Below are positions 16,278 to 24,418 of a stretch of 48,325 bases of DNA, piece after piece (the stretch's first letter is position 1; each line of letters begins with the position of its first letter). The notes beneath the pieces are model-generated. The model ran no database searches and was not told where the DNA came from. It was given only the letters and a program-made list of their open reading frames with translations. The translations under genes and the position numbers were made by a program. Source of the stretch: a candidate division WOR-3 bacterium (GTDB lineage Bacteria; Hydrothermota; Tepidihabitantia; Tepidihabitantales; Tepidihabitantaceae); NCBI GenBank assembly GCA_016935775.1, contig JAFGQF010000278.1, forward strand, positions 1-48,325, in the 5' to 3' direction.

Positions 16278-16804
16278 TCAACCATCTCCCGGTTCGTTCC
16301 CGCTTCGGCACAATCACCATCCTGTGGCAGGACCGGCCGCGCTTCCGCGTCTTCCGCATCCTTCTCCCCGGCTCAGCCTCCAGATCGCGGACACATTCGT
16401 CACTCGACACTCGCAACTCGTCATTGACCAGGCTCGTCTCACGCCTCGAGCTGTTCCTCGATGGCTCGCCGGTCTGCTTCGACCTCCGCATCCTTGCCCT
16501 CGACCAGTGCACTGACTTCCGGCGCCGGGCCCTGCTCGCTGAATCCCGCGTGCCCCGCGGCCGGGTAACCACTTATGCCCGGCTCGCGGCACGGGTCGGC
16601 GCGCCCTCATCGGCCCGAGCGGTCGGCCGGGCGCTCGCCACCAACCCCTTCCCGCTCGTCATCCCCTGCCACCGGGCCATCCGCTCCGACGGCTCGCCCG
16701 GCGGTTTCCAGGGCGGGCTCACGATGAAACGCGCCCTGCTCGAACAGGAGGACATCCGCTTCTCCCCTTCCGGCCGCGTGGTTCTCGACCAACCGTTCTT
16801 CTGA
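16256..16804 (+). CDS. ogt: Methylated-DNA--protein-cysteine methyltransferase
   Basis: FRRRALLAESRVPRGRVTTYARLAARVGAPSSARAVGRALATNPFPLVIPCHRAIRSDGSPGGFQGG...KRALLEQEDI carries the canonical PCHR active site. TTG 16256 is the only upstream in-frame start seen and overlaps the ATL stop by 22 nt. Confidence 0.85.
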   Translation: MATGRNLINHLPVRSRFGTITILWQDRPRFRVFRILLPGSASRSRTHSSLDTRNSSLTRLVSRLELFLDGSPVCFDLRILALDQCTDFRRRALLAESRVPRGRVTTYARLAARVGAPSSARAVGRALATNPFPLVIPCHRAIRSDGSPGGFQGGLTMKRALLEQEDIRFSPSGRVVLDQPFF

Positions 16805-16942
16805 CCAACCGGGCACCATTTTGTGAGCCGCCGGGTCTAACAACCGGTGAGACCTTATACCATGGCGAGTTGGGTTCTGCTGTTCTTATGTAGACTGGCG
16901 ATCGCCAACCCGCTCGTGGCAATCGAGCAACAGGAGGATAGT

Positions 16943-17419
16943 ATGCAACTGGCCACGTTCGGAGCAGGCTGCTTCTGGGGTGTTGAGAACAGCTTCCGAC
17001 AGGTTGAGGGAGTGAACCGGACCGCGGTCGGCTACGCCGGCGGCACAACCGAGAACCCGACCTACCAACAGGTCTGCTCGGGCACCACCGGACACGCCGA
17101 AGTCGTCCAGCTCGGATACAACCCGGACAAGGTCAGCTACGACAAGCTGCTCGACATCTTCTTCGCCATCCACGACCCCACGACCAGGAACCGCCAGGGT
17201 CCGGACATCGGCTACCAGTACCGCTCGGTCGTATTCTTCCACAACGACGAACAGCAGGCCGCGGCCGAAGCCAAGGTGAAAGAGCTCACTGAGGCGAAGA
17301 GGTTCAACCGGCCGATAGTCACCGCCATCGAACCCGCGCCAACGTTCTGGCGCGCCGAGGAATACCACCAGCGCTACTACGAAAAGAAAGGCATCAAGGG
17401 CGGCTGCCCGATACGATGA
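16943..17419 (+). CDS. msrA: Peptide-methionine (S)-S-oxide reductase
   Basis: [61 protein letters not shown]... contains the GCFWG motif. GGAGGA lies 6 nt before ATG 16943. ORF-track start 16847 would add a non-conserved 32-aa extension. Confidence 0.9.
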   Translation: MQLATFGAGCFWGVENSFRQVEGVNRTAVGYAGGTTENPTYQQVCSGTTGHAEVVQLGYNPDKVSYDKLLDIFFAIHDPTTRNRQGPDIGYQYRSVVFFHNDEQQAAAEAKVKELTEAKRFNRPIVTAIEPAPTFWRAEEYHQRYYEKKGIKGGCPIR

Positions 17420-17930
17420 CGAAAAGCATGACCCGGTGTCGGTACTCCGAAACAGGTCGTGTCTTGAATCCTCTCGGCACAAGAGAACCGGCCGGAGTGC
17501 CCGTGCCGAACCCGTACCGGACGGGTAACTGAAGCCGGACCGAGAGGACAAGGCCGGACCTGAATCCCAGGGCCGAAACCGGGACGCCCGGATTCCACAG
17601 GTGAATCCCGACAGGAACGCGTAACCTTTTCAGGAACTGTCACCTGCACTCGCTTGCCGCGACCACCCGTGTTGAAGTCGGCATCCTGAAGGACCAGGCC
17701 CCTGAGCCCGCAACTGACCCCAGGGGTCACCCCCCTGCTGATAGCTCGGCTCGAAACCGATTGTCAGGCTGAGTGGATGGTTGGCAACTGACCGGCAGGA
17801 AGCGAGCAAGACCCCCTGCCCCGACGGCAGGGCACCATGTCCGACAGTCTGAAGGCCGAGAGTCATCAGCCGCTCATCTAGCCCTCTTGACCTCCGAGAG
17901 GCAACCCCTTCTTTCTGTTCGCCCGCCCGC

Positions 17931-17958
17931 TTGACACCGGTTTCGGGGTCACTATAGT
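17931..17958 (+). promoter_or_regulatory. Sigma-70-like promoter for tRNA-Val
   Basis: TTGACA (17931-17936), 16 nt, TATAGT (17953-17958), 29 nt before the mature tRNA 5' end. Confidence 0.5.
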
Positions 17959-17987
17959 CTGCACACGTGACTTGCTCCTGGACAACC

Positions 17988-18063
<76 letters not shown>

Positions 18064-18118
18064 CTTACCTGGGTGTGCCGGCGAAAGCCGACACACCCGA
18101 TTGCTTTATGGCGGTACG

Positions 18119-18823
18119 GTGAAGCAGCAGTTCATCCAGTTGCGCGCCCTGCAGGAACTGGACACCGACATAAAGACCCTCTCCGACCGCGCCGGCGAGG
18201 TTCCGAATCGCATCGAGAAGCTGCGCTCGGACCTGGACAAGGCACGGTCCCGGCTTGAGACCGCCCAGGCCGGCATCACCGACCGCAAGAAACAGTACAA
18301 ACTGGCCGAGGTCGAACTCAAGGCCGCCGAAGACAAGATAACGACCTACTCGGTCCAGCTCTACTCGGCCAAGACCAACGAGCAGTACAAGGCTTTCCTG
18401 AAGGAAATCGAGGCCCAGAAGAAGGTGAAGTCGGGCATCGAGGACCGGATGATAGTGTTGATGGAGGAATCCGAGGCGCTCGAGCGGGAGCGGGTCGCGG
18501 CCGAGAAGGAGCACGCCGAACTGGCCCAGGATACCGAGGGCAAGGTGAAGTCGCTCGAAACCGAGCTGGCCGAGATCAAGGCCGCGCTGGCCGAACGCGA
18601 AGCGCATCGCAAGGAGCTGGCCGAGTCCCTGCCGCCGGCCCTGCTGAAGCATTACGAACGGGTCCGAAAGAACAAGAACGGCGTGGCGGTGGTGTCGTGC
18701 AAGGGCGACCGTTGCGGCGGCTGTTTCAACCCGGTGCCGGCCCAGCGGGTGCTGGAAATCGGTCGCGAGGACCGCATCTACACCTGCGAGGCCTGCGGCC
18801 GCATCCTTGTCCCGGACAAGTAA
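18119..18823 (+). CDS. Coiled-coil C4 zinc-ribbon protein (COG1579/DUF164-like)
   Basis: A long heptad-rich coiled coil (QLRALQELDTDIKTLSDRAGEVPNRIEKLRSDLDKARSRLE...) ends in CKGDRCGGCFNPVPAQ...YTCEACGRIL. The start is either GTG 18119 or TTG 18101. Confidence 0.8.
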   Translation: MKQQFIQLRALQELDTDIKTLSDRAGEVPNRIEKLRSDLDKARSRLETAQAGITDRKKQYKLAEVELKAAEDKITTYSVQLYSAKTNEQYKAFLKEIEAQKKVKSGIEDRMIVLMEESEALERERVAAEKEHAELAQDTEGKVKSLETELAEIKAALAEREAHRKELAESLPPALLKHYERVRKNKNGVAVVSCKGDRCGGCFNPVPAQRVLEIGREDRIYTCEACGRILVPDK

Positions 18824-18852
18824 CCGCCCGGCCGGCTGACGGCCATCCAGTC

Positions 18853-19254
18853 GTGTTCATCAACGTTGACGGTTCATCGCTCGGCAACCCGGGCCCGGCC
18901 GGCATCGGCGTGGTCGTAACCTCGGCCGACGGCCGGGTGTTGCGCGAGACGAGCCGGTTCATCGGCCGCCGGACGAACAACCAGGCCGAGTACGAGGCGC
19001 TGGTGCTCGCCCTTGAGCAGGCCCGCGAGTGGCCGAATACCGACGTCGTGGTCCGGACCGATTCCGAACTGGTCTTTCGTCAGCTCGACGGCGCGTACAA
19101 GGTGAAGAACCAACTGCTGCGGCCCCTGTACGAGCGAGCGCGGGAACTGCTGGCCGGGCTGCCTTCGGTGCGGCTCTGCCACGTCCCGCGCGAGGAGAAC
19201 CGCCGGGCCGACAAGCTGGCCAAGGACGCGGCCGAGTCCGGCCGCGAAAGCTGA
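18853..19254 (+). CDS. rnhA: Ribonuclease HI family protein
   Basis: VFINVDGSSLGNPGPAGIGVV...NNQAEYEALVLALE...VRTDSELV...REENRRADKLAK gives a D-E-D-D catalytic pattern. The GTG 18853 start lies inside ORF 18697..19254. Confidence 0.85.
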   Translation: MFINVDGSSLGNPGPAGIGVVVTSADGRVLRETSRFIGRRTNNQAEYEALVLALEQAREWPNTDVVVRTDSELVFRQLDGAYKVKNQLLRPLYERARELLAGLPSVRLCHVPREENRRADKLAKDAAESGRES

Positions 19255-20123
19255 TGGCCCGGCGCCGCACGCCGCTGGTGTGGCTGATGCCGCTGGCCAC
19301 GCTGGCCCAGTTCATGCTGCCGCGCTGGATAGTCGTCCGCATCGCCCGGCTGGCCGGCCGGCTCGCGTTTCGCTGGAACCGGCGCCAGCGCGAGCGGCTG
19401 ATCCGGAACTACCGCCATATCCTCGGCCCGGGCGCGGGCGAACCCGCGGTCCGGCAGATGGCGCGGCGCGCCTTCATCAACGTCGTGACCAACTACCTGG
19501 ACCTGCTGCGCGTCCCGGTGCTCCGGCGCCGGGTAACGGAACTGGTCTCGGGCGACCATTCGCTTCTTGCCCGTGCGCTGAAACAGGGGCGCGGCGCGGT
19601 CATCGTCACTGCCCACATCGGCAACTGGGATTTGGCCGGCGCTTGCCTGGGCGCGCTCGGCTACCCGGTCTCGGCGGTCTTTGAACCGGTGCCCTCGGGG
19701 TGGGCCCGGACCTTCAACCGTTACCGGAGCGCAACCGGGCTGCACGCGATACCGATGACCGACAAGGCCGGCATCGGCCGTGCGCTGCGTTCCGGTCGAG
19801 CGCTGGCCCTGGTCTCGGACCGTGACCTGACCGGCCGGGGCGTTCCCTGCCATTCGTTCGACGCGGTGCGCAGCTTCCCGCGCGGCCCGGCCGGGTATGC
19901 GCTGAAGTGCGGCGCCCCGATGCTGCTCGGTGCGGTGCTGTTTGACGGCCGGCACGGCCGGCCGCCCTACCGGATTCACATCGACCCGCCGCTGAGCTTC
20001 GAGGCCACGGGCGACCTCGACGCCGATATCGTTTCCCTGACGCGCCTCATCGCCGGACGCATCAACTCGCTCATTGCCCGGTTCCCGGACCAGTGGCTGG
20101 TATTCCGGGCGGACTGGCGATGA
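19254..20123 (+). CDS. Lysophospholipid/lipid A-type acyltransferase (LpxL/HtrB/PatA family)
   Basis: The MARRRTPLVWLMPLATLAQFMLPRW... membrane anchor is followed by VIVTAHIGNWDL (the H-x4-D-like acyltransferase motif) and ALVSDRD. The ATG overlaps the RNase H stop (TGATG). Confidence 0.8.
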   Translation: MARRRTPLVWLMPLATLAQFMLPRWIVVRIARLAGRLAFRWNRRQRERLIRNYRHILGPGAGEPAVRQMARRAFINVVTNYLDLLRVPVLRRRVTELVSGDHSLLARALKQGRGAVIVTAHIGNWDLAGACLGALGYPVSAVFEPVPSGWARTFNRYRSATGLHAIPMTDKAGIGRALRSGRALALVSDRDLTGRGVPCHSFDAVRSFPRGPAGYALKCGAPMLLGAVLFDGRHGRPPYRIHIDPPLSFEATGDLDADIVSLTRLIAGRINSLIARFPDQWLVFRADWR

Positions 20124-20551
20124 AGTCGCAACGGGTCCGGGTCCGGCTGCTCGCGGGCGGCAACCTGCCCGCCCGCCAGACCCCGGGCTCGTCCGGCTTC
20201 GATCTGGCCGCGGCCGAGGAGTGCGTGGTCGGGCCGGGTTCGTGGCGGGTGGTCCGGACCGGCATCGCGCTCGAACTGCCCGACGGGCTCGAAGCCCAGG
20301 TGCGGGCCCGGTCCGGCCTTGCCGCGCGACACGGCGTCGGGGTGCTGAACGGACCGGGCACGGTGGACTCGGACTATCGCGGCGAGGTGAAGGTCGTGCT
20401 CTTCAACCTCGGCCGGGATCCGTTCGATGTCCAACCCGGCGACCGCATCGCCCAACTGGTTTTCGCATCGCTCACGCCGGTCGAACTCGAGCCCTGCGAC
20501 GAGTTGTCCTCCACCGGGCGCGCGTCGGGCGGTTTCGGCCACACCGGATGA
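20120..20551 (+). CDS. dut: dUTP diphosphatase
   Basis: PGSSGFDLAA...RSGLAARHGVGVLNGPGTVDSDYRGEVKVVLFNLG...GDRIAQLVF...RASGGFGHTG shows all five dUTPase motifs. ATGA overlaps occur at both ends. Confidence 0.95.
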   Translation: MKSQRVRVRLLAGGNLPARQTPGSSGFDLAAAEECVVGPGSWRVVRTGIALELPDGLEAQVRARSGLAARHGVGVLNGPGTVDSDYRGEVKVVLFNLGRDPFDVQPGDRIAQLVFASLTPVELEPCDELSSTGRASGGFGHTG

Positions 20552-21672
20552 AACCCCTGCGGATACTGCTCGCGTCGGCCGCCTACCGGCCTCACCCTTC
20601 AGGCGTTGCCCAACACGTCTGGAACCTGCGCCGCAAACTCGAGCAGCGCGGCCACCTGCCCCACGTCCTGACCCTGGCCTACAACGGGACGTGCCGGGAG
20701 CCGGGCGTGACCCGCATCGCCCGGGCCGCCGTCGTCCCGGCCAACCGGTCGCGCATCACGCTCTCGTTCCACCCGAACCTGCGCGGCCGGGTGCGCCGCT
20801 ATCTCGCGGCCCGCGAGTTCGACGCGATTCACTGCCACGGGCTGTTTCCCCCCGACCTGGGCTACTGGGTGCTGGAGAATGCGCGCCGGCCCTGCGCGGT
20901 CACCTTCCACACCCTCGGCGTGGCCATCCCGAAGCCGGTCCGCAACATCTGGCGCAGGGCCTGTCGGCCGGGCTGGCGCAACATCGCGGCACCGATCGCG
21001 GTCTCGGAAGCCGGCCGCCGATGGGCCGAGACGTGGCTGGAGCGCGACTGCCGGGTGATTCCCAACGGCGTCGCTCTCGACGAGTTCCGGCCCGGTGTCC
21101 CGGCGCCTGCCTGGTTCCCGCACGCGAGACCAGTGCTGCTCTTCGTCGGCCGGCTCGACCCGCGCAAGGGCCTTGCGGTCCTCCTCGGGGCACTGCCGGA
21201 GATCTTGACCGACCACCCGGGAACGAAGCTGGTGGTCTGCGGTACCGGACCCGAACAGGCACGTTGCCGCAAACTGGCTGGCCGCCTCGGCGTCGAACCG
21301 GCGGTGCTGTTCGCCGGCCGGGTGGCATTCGACGAACTGGCCGGCTGCTACGCGAACTCGACGGCATTTGTCTCCCCGGCGCTGGGCAGCGAGGCGATGG
21401 GCATCGTGCTCATCGAGGCGCTGGCCTCGGGCACGCCGGTTGTCGCCTCCCGCATCCCGGGCTATGACGAGGTGGTCCGCGACGGACAGGACGGCCTCCT
21501 ATGTCGGCCCGGTGACCCCCGGGACCTGGCCCGCGCGGTCAAGCGAGTGCTGTCCGAAACTGGACTGCGCAACCAGTTGGCGCAGTCTGCCCGCCCCCGG
21601 GCAGAGGCCTTCTCCTGGGACCTCGTAACCGACAAGCTGCTGCAAGTCTACGAAGAACTGGAACTTGAGTAA
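20548..21672 (+). CDS. GT4 family glycosyltransferase (PimA-like)
   Basis: MKPLRILLASAAYRPHPSGVAQHVWNLRRKLEQRGHLPHVLT... is followed by the C-terminal FVSPALGSEAMGIVLIEALASGTPVVASRIPGYDEVV (the GT-B E-x7-E region). The ATG lies inside ORF 20074..21672. Confidence 0.85.
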   Translation: MKPLRILLASAAYRPHPSGVAQHVWNLRRKLEQRGHLPHVLTLAYNGTCREPGVTRIARAAVVPANRSRITLSFHPNLRGRVRRYLAAREFDAIHCHGLFPPDLGYWVLENARRPCAVTFHTLGVAIPKPVRNIWRRACRPGWRNIAAPIAVSEAGRRWAETWLERDCRVIPNGVALDEFRPGVPAPAWFPHARPVLLFVGRLDPRKGLAVLLGALPEILTDHPGTKLVVCGTGPEQARCRKLAGRLGVEPAVLFAGRVAFDELAGCYANSTAFVSPALGSEAMGIVLIEALASGTPVVASRIPGYDEVVRDGQDGLLCRPGDPRDLARAVKRVLSETGLRNQLAQSARPRAEAFSWDLVTDKLLQVYEELELE

Positions 21673-22801
21673 CCGACTGAAGATCTGCCTGGTATCGGCG
21701 GCATTCCACCCTTACCCGTCCGGGGTGACCGAGCACGTCCACCACCTCGCGCTCGAACTGCATCGGACCGGCCACGATGTCGAAGTGCTGACCACCCGGT
21801 TCAAGCGGCACTCAGACGACTCGCGCCTGCCATTCCCGGTAACCCGGTTCGGCCGGGCCGTGCTCGTGCCGATGAACCGCTCGTTCGCGACCCTGCCGGT
21901 AGGCCTGGGATTGTCTGGCCGGGTTCGCCGTTTCCTTTCCGAACGCGAGTTCGACATCGTCCACTGCCACGGGCTATTCTGGCCCGAGATATCATACTGG
22001 GCTTTGCGCTGGTCCCGGTCGGTCAACCTCATTACGTTCCTCACCGGCGGGTTCCGACTGCACACCGCCGGCTCGGGCATCTATCGGCGGCTGTTCCGAG
22101 GCCAGCTCAGCCGCATCCACGGCCGCATCGCCATCTCCAACCGCGCCCGACAGGCGGCCGAACCGTACGTGCCCGGCGACTTTCGCATCATTCCCTGCGG
22201 CGTCGACCTGAAAAGGTTCCGGCCCGGGCTCGAACCGATGCCCGGCACCGGCGGTCCACGCCTGCTGTTCGTGGGCCGGCTCGACGGACGCAAGGGCATC
22301 CTGGTCCTGCTGCGCGCCCTGCCCGAAGTGCTGGTCCGGTTCCCCGGCGCCCGGCTTGACGTGGTCGGAACCGGACCCGAAGAGAAGCGGGCGCGCGCAC
22401 TCTGCCGCGACCTGGGAATCGAATCCGCGGTCCGATTCTGCGGCCGGCCAACCCGGGACGACCTGCCCCGCTGGTACGCCGGGGCCGGGGTCTACTGCTC
22501 GCCCGCGCTCGGCGGAGAGACTCTCGGAATAGTGCTACTCGAGGCGATGGCGAGTGGCGTGCCGGTGGTTGCCTCGCGCATCCCGGGCTACGACGAAACC
22601 GTAAGGACCGGGGTTGAGGGAATCCTCGTGCCGCCCGGTGAGCCCACACCGCTGGCCGACGCGCTGGTCCGGGTGCTGACCGACACGGACTTGGGCGGCC
22701 GGCTGCGCCGCGCCGGCCTCGAACGGGCCCGGGAATACGCCTGGCCCGACATCTGCCGCCGGACCCTGGGTTTCTACTCGGAGCTGCTCGCGACCCGCTG
22801 A
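21665..22801 (+). CDS. GT4 family glycosyltransferase (PimA-like), paralog of the upstream gene
   Basis: LKICLVSAAFHPYPSGVTEHVHHLALELHRTGHDVEVLT... is followed by YCSPALGGETLGIVLLEAMASGVPVVASRIPGYDETV. The TTG start overlaps the upstream stop by 8 nt. Confidence 0.85.
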   Translation: MSNRLKICLVSAAFHPYPSGVTEHVHHLALELHRTGHDVEVLTTRFKRHSDDSRLPFPVTRFGRAVLVPMNRSFATLPVGLGLSGRVRRFLSEREFDIVHCHGLFWPEISYWALRWSRSVNLITFLTGGFRLHTAGSGIYRRLFRGQLSRIHGRIAISNRARQAAEPYVPGDFRIIPCGVDLKRFRPGLEPMPGTGGPRLLFVGRLDGRKGILVLLRALPEVLVRFPGARLDVVGTGPEEKRARALCRDLGIESAVRFCGRPTRDDLPRWYAGAGVYCSPALGGETLGIVLLEAMASGVPVVASRIPGYDETVRTGVEGILVPPGEPTPLADALVRVLTDTDLGGRLRRAGLERAREYAWPDICRRTLGFYSELLATR

Positions 22802-23619
22802 GCCAGCCGGTCGGCCAGGTCGCGGAATCGCTCACCCTCAACCTGCTCGGCCCGTGCCCCGGGTTCGATGCCGGCCTCAATCAGCAGCGCTACAGCCCCG
22901 GGCTTGTCCAGCCCGAACCCAGCCGCGAGGTTGTTGGATAGCTTCTTGCGCCGCTGGCTGAAGGCCGCCCTGAGCACCCGCCGAAACAGTTCCTCGTCCT
23001 CCGGCTCGTAGCGCGGCCGCTGCCGCCGCCGCAACCGGAAACAAGTCGAGACCACGTCGGGCCGGGGCCGGAATCGGTGAGCCGGGATGTTGAACAGCCG
23101 CTCGCGCTCGCAGACCCGGTCCAGCAGGATGCCGACCGGCGCGTAGTCACGTGTGCCCGGAGCGGACAGCACGCGGACCGCGAACTCACGCTGGCAAGTG
23201 AGCACCGCGACCGTCCATTCGGCGACCGAATCCAGCAACCGGAACAGAATCTGCGACGACACGCTGTAGGGCAAGTTGCCCAGCACCTTGAGCGGGCCGA
23301 GCCCGGCGAGGTCAAACTCGAAGAAATCCCCGCACACCACTTCGACGCCGGGCGAACTGGCCAGCGCCCGTTCGAGCTTGCCCGTGAGCCGAGCGTCCTT
23401 CTCGACCGCAATGACCTGCCGGACCCGACCGGCCAGCCGGCCGGTGAGAATTCCCGGACCTGGTCCGATCTCCAGCACGGTGTCATCAGGACCGGGATCA
23501 AGCGAATTGACGATCCACTCGGCGGTCGGCAGGTGCGTGAGGAATGACTGCCCGAGGCCCTTGCTCGGCCGGAATCGCTTCCCGTCTCCGGCTGCCGGTT
23601 GACGGCAGCCCGATTCCAT
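22774..23619 (-). CDS. rsmA: 16S rRNA (adenine1518/1519-N6)-dimethyltransferase
   Basis: KRFRPSKGLGQSFLTHLPTAEWIVNSLDPGPDDTVLEIGPGPGILTGRLA... matches KsgA. ATG 23619 overlaps the tatD stop (TGATG). Confidence 0.9.
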   Translation of the reverse strand: MESGCRQPAAGDGKRFRPSKGLGQSFLTHLPTAEWIVNSLDPGPDDTVLEIGPGPGILTGRLAGRVRQVIAVEKDARLTGKLERALASSPGVEVVCGDFFEFDLAGLGPLKVLGNLPYSVSSQILFRLLDSVAEWTVAVLTCQREFAVRVLSAPGTRDYAPVGILLDRVCERERLFNIPAHRFRPRPDVVSTCFRLRRRQRPRYEPEDEELFRRVLRAAFSQRRKKLSNNLAAGFGLDKPGAVALLIEAGIEPGARAEQVEGERFRDLADRLAQRVASSSE

Positions 23620-24374
23620 CAGGACACCCGGAAACAGCGCCGGGCGTTCTCCCGGGTAAGATCCCCGCACTCACGGGGTGTCATGTCCAGGAGCCCGGCG
23701 AGGTGACGCACGGTGTGAACCAGGAAGGACGGCTCGTTGCGGCCGCCCCGCTCGGGCACGGGCGGCAGGTAGGGCGAATCGGTCTCAACCATCAAGCGGT
23801 CGCGCGGAACCACCGGCAGCACCGTTCTGAGCCGGTCCTCGTTGTAGGTGATGTTGCCGGCCAGCGAGATGTACAACCCGCGCTCAACCGCCCACTCGGC
23901 CATCTTTCGGTCGCCGGCAAAGCAGTGAAGCACCCCGACGAAGTAGCCGTGCTCCTCCAGGATGGCGCGCGCGCGACCCGAGGCGTCCCGGACGTGGATC
24001 ACCATCGGCAGATCGAGGCTGCGCGCCATATCGATCTGCACCTCGAACGCCACCTCCTGGTTCGGACGCGACGAGATGCTCCGGAAGAAATCCAGCCCGA
24101 TCTCGCCGACCGCCTTGATGCACGGCTCGATGCAGAGCTCGCGCAGCGCCGTGACGTCGAGACCGCGGAAACCATCAGCCTCGTGGGGATGGACCCCGAC
24201 CGAGCAGTACATCCCTTCCTGCCCGAGGGCGAGCGCGACTGCCTCCCTGGCATCAGGCAAGCTCTCGCTGACCGTCATCAGTTCGCGCACGCCGGCCCGG
24301 AAGGCACGCCGCAACACCAGTTTCAGGTCCTCGTGGAACTTGCCGTCGGTCAGGTGACAGTGCGAGTCAAACAT
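23619..24374 (-). CDS. tatD: TatD family metal-dependent hydrolase
   Basis: MFDSHCHLTDGKFHEDL...VGVHPHEA...VGEIGLDF...MVIHVRDA...VLHCFAGD...ETDSPYL is the TatD signature set. ATG 24374 is preferred over the alternative start at 24416. Confidence 0.9.
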   Translation of the reverse strand: MFDSHCHLTDGKFHEDLKLVLRRAFRAGVRELMTVSESLPDAREAVALALGQEGMYCSVGVHPHEADGFRGLDVTALRELCIEPCIKAVGEIGLDFFRSISSRPNQEVAFEVQIDMARSLDLPMVIHVRDASGRARAILEEHGYFVGVLHCFAGDRKMAEWAVERGLYISLAGNITYNEDRLRTVLPVVPRDRLMVETDSPYLPPVPERGGRNEPSFLVHTVRHLAGLLDMTPRECGDLTRENARRCFRVS

Positions 24375-24418
24375 GTTCAGCCCTTCGGGGTTGCCGGCCG
24401 ACCGTCGCGCCCGCAAGG

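Noticed and set aside
16847-16942. Upstream extension of msrA ([32 protein letters not shown]) that could be a signal peptide
   Set aside because: A strong GGAGGA sits 6 nt before the internal ATG 16943, which starts the conserved MsrA core. The extension lacks a basic n-region. A secreted form cannot be fully excluded.
17420-17930. Fragments resembling the SRP RNA domain IV (GACCGGCAGGAAGCGAGCAAG versus GUCCGGAAGGAAGCAGCCAAG) and the RNase P P4 region (GAGAGGACAAGGCCGGAC versus GAGGAAAGUCCGGGC)
   Set aside because: The invariant cores are not present (GNAR tetraloop with symmetric loop; GAGGAAAGUCC and ACAGAAnCCGGCUUA). The region is kept only as an unexplained gap.
20074-20547. Long N-terminal parts of ORFs 20074..21672, 19029..20123 and 18697..19254 that overlap upstream genes
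   Set aside because: The true starts are the ATG/GTG codons that overlap the preceding stop codons (TGATG/ATGA). The upstream portions are alternate frames of dut, RNase H and the zinc-ribbon gene.
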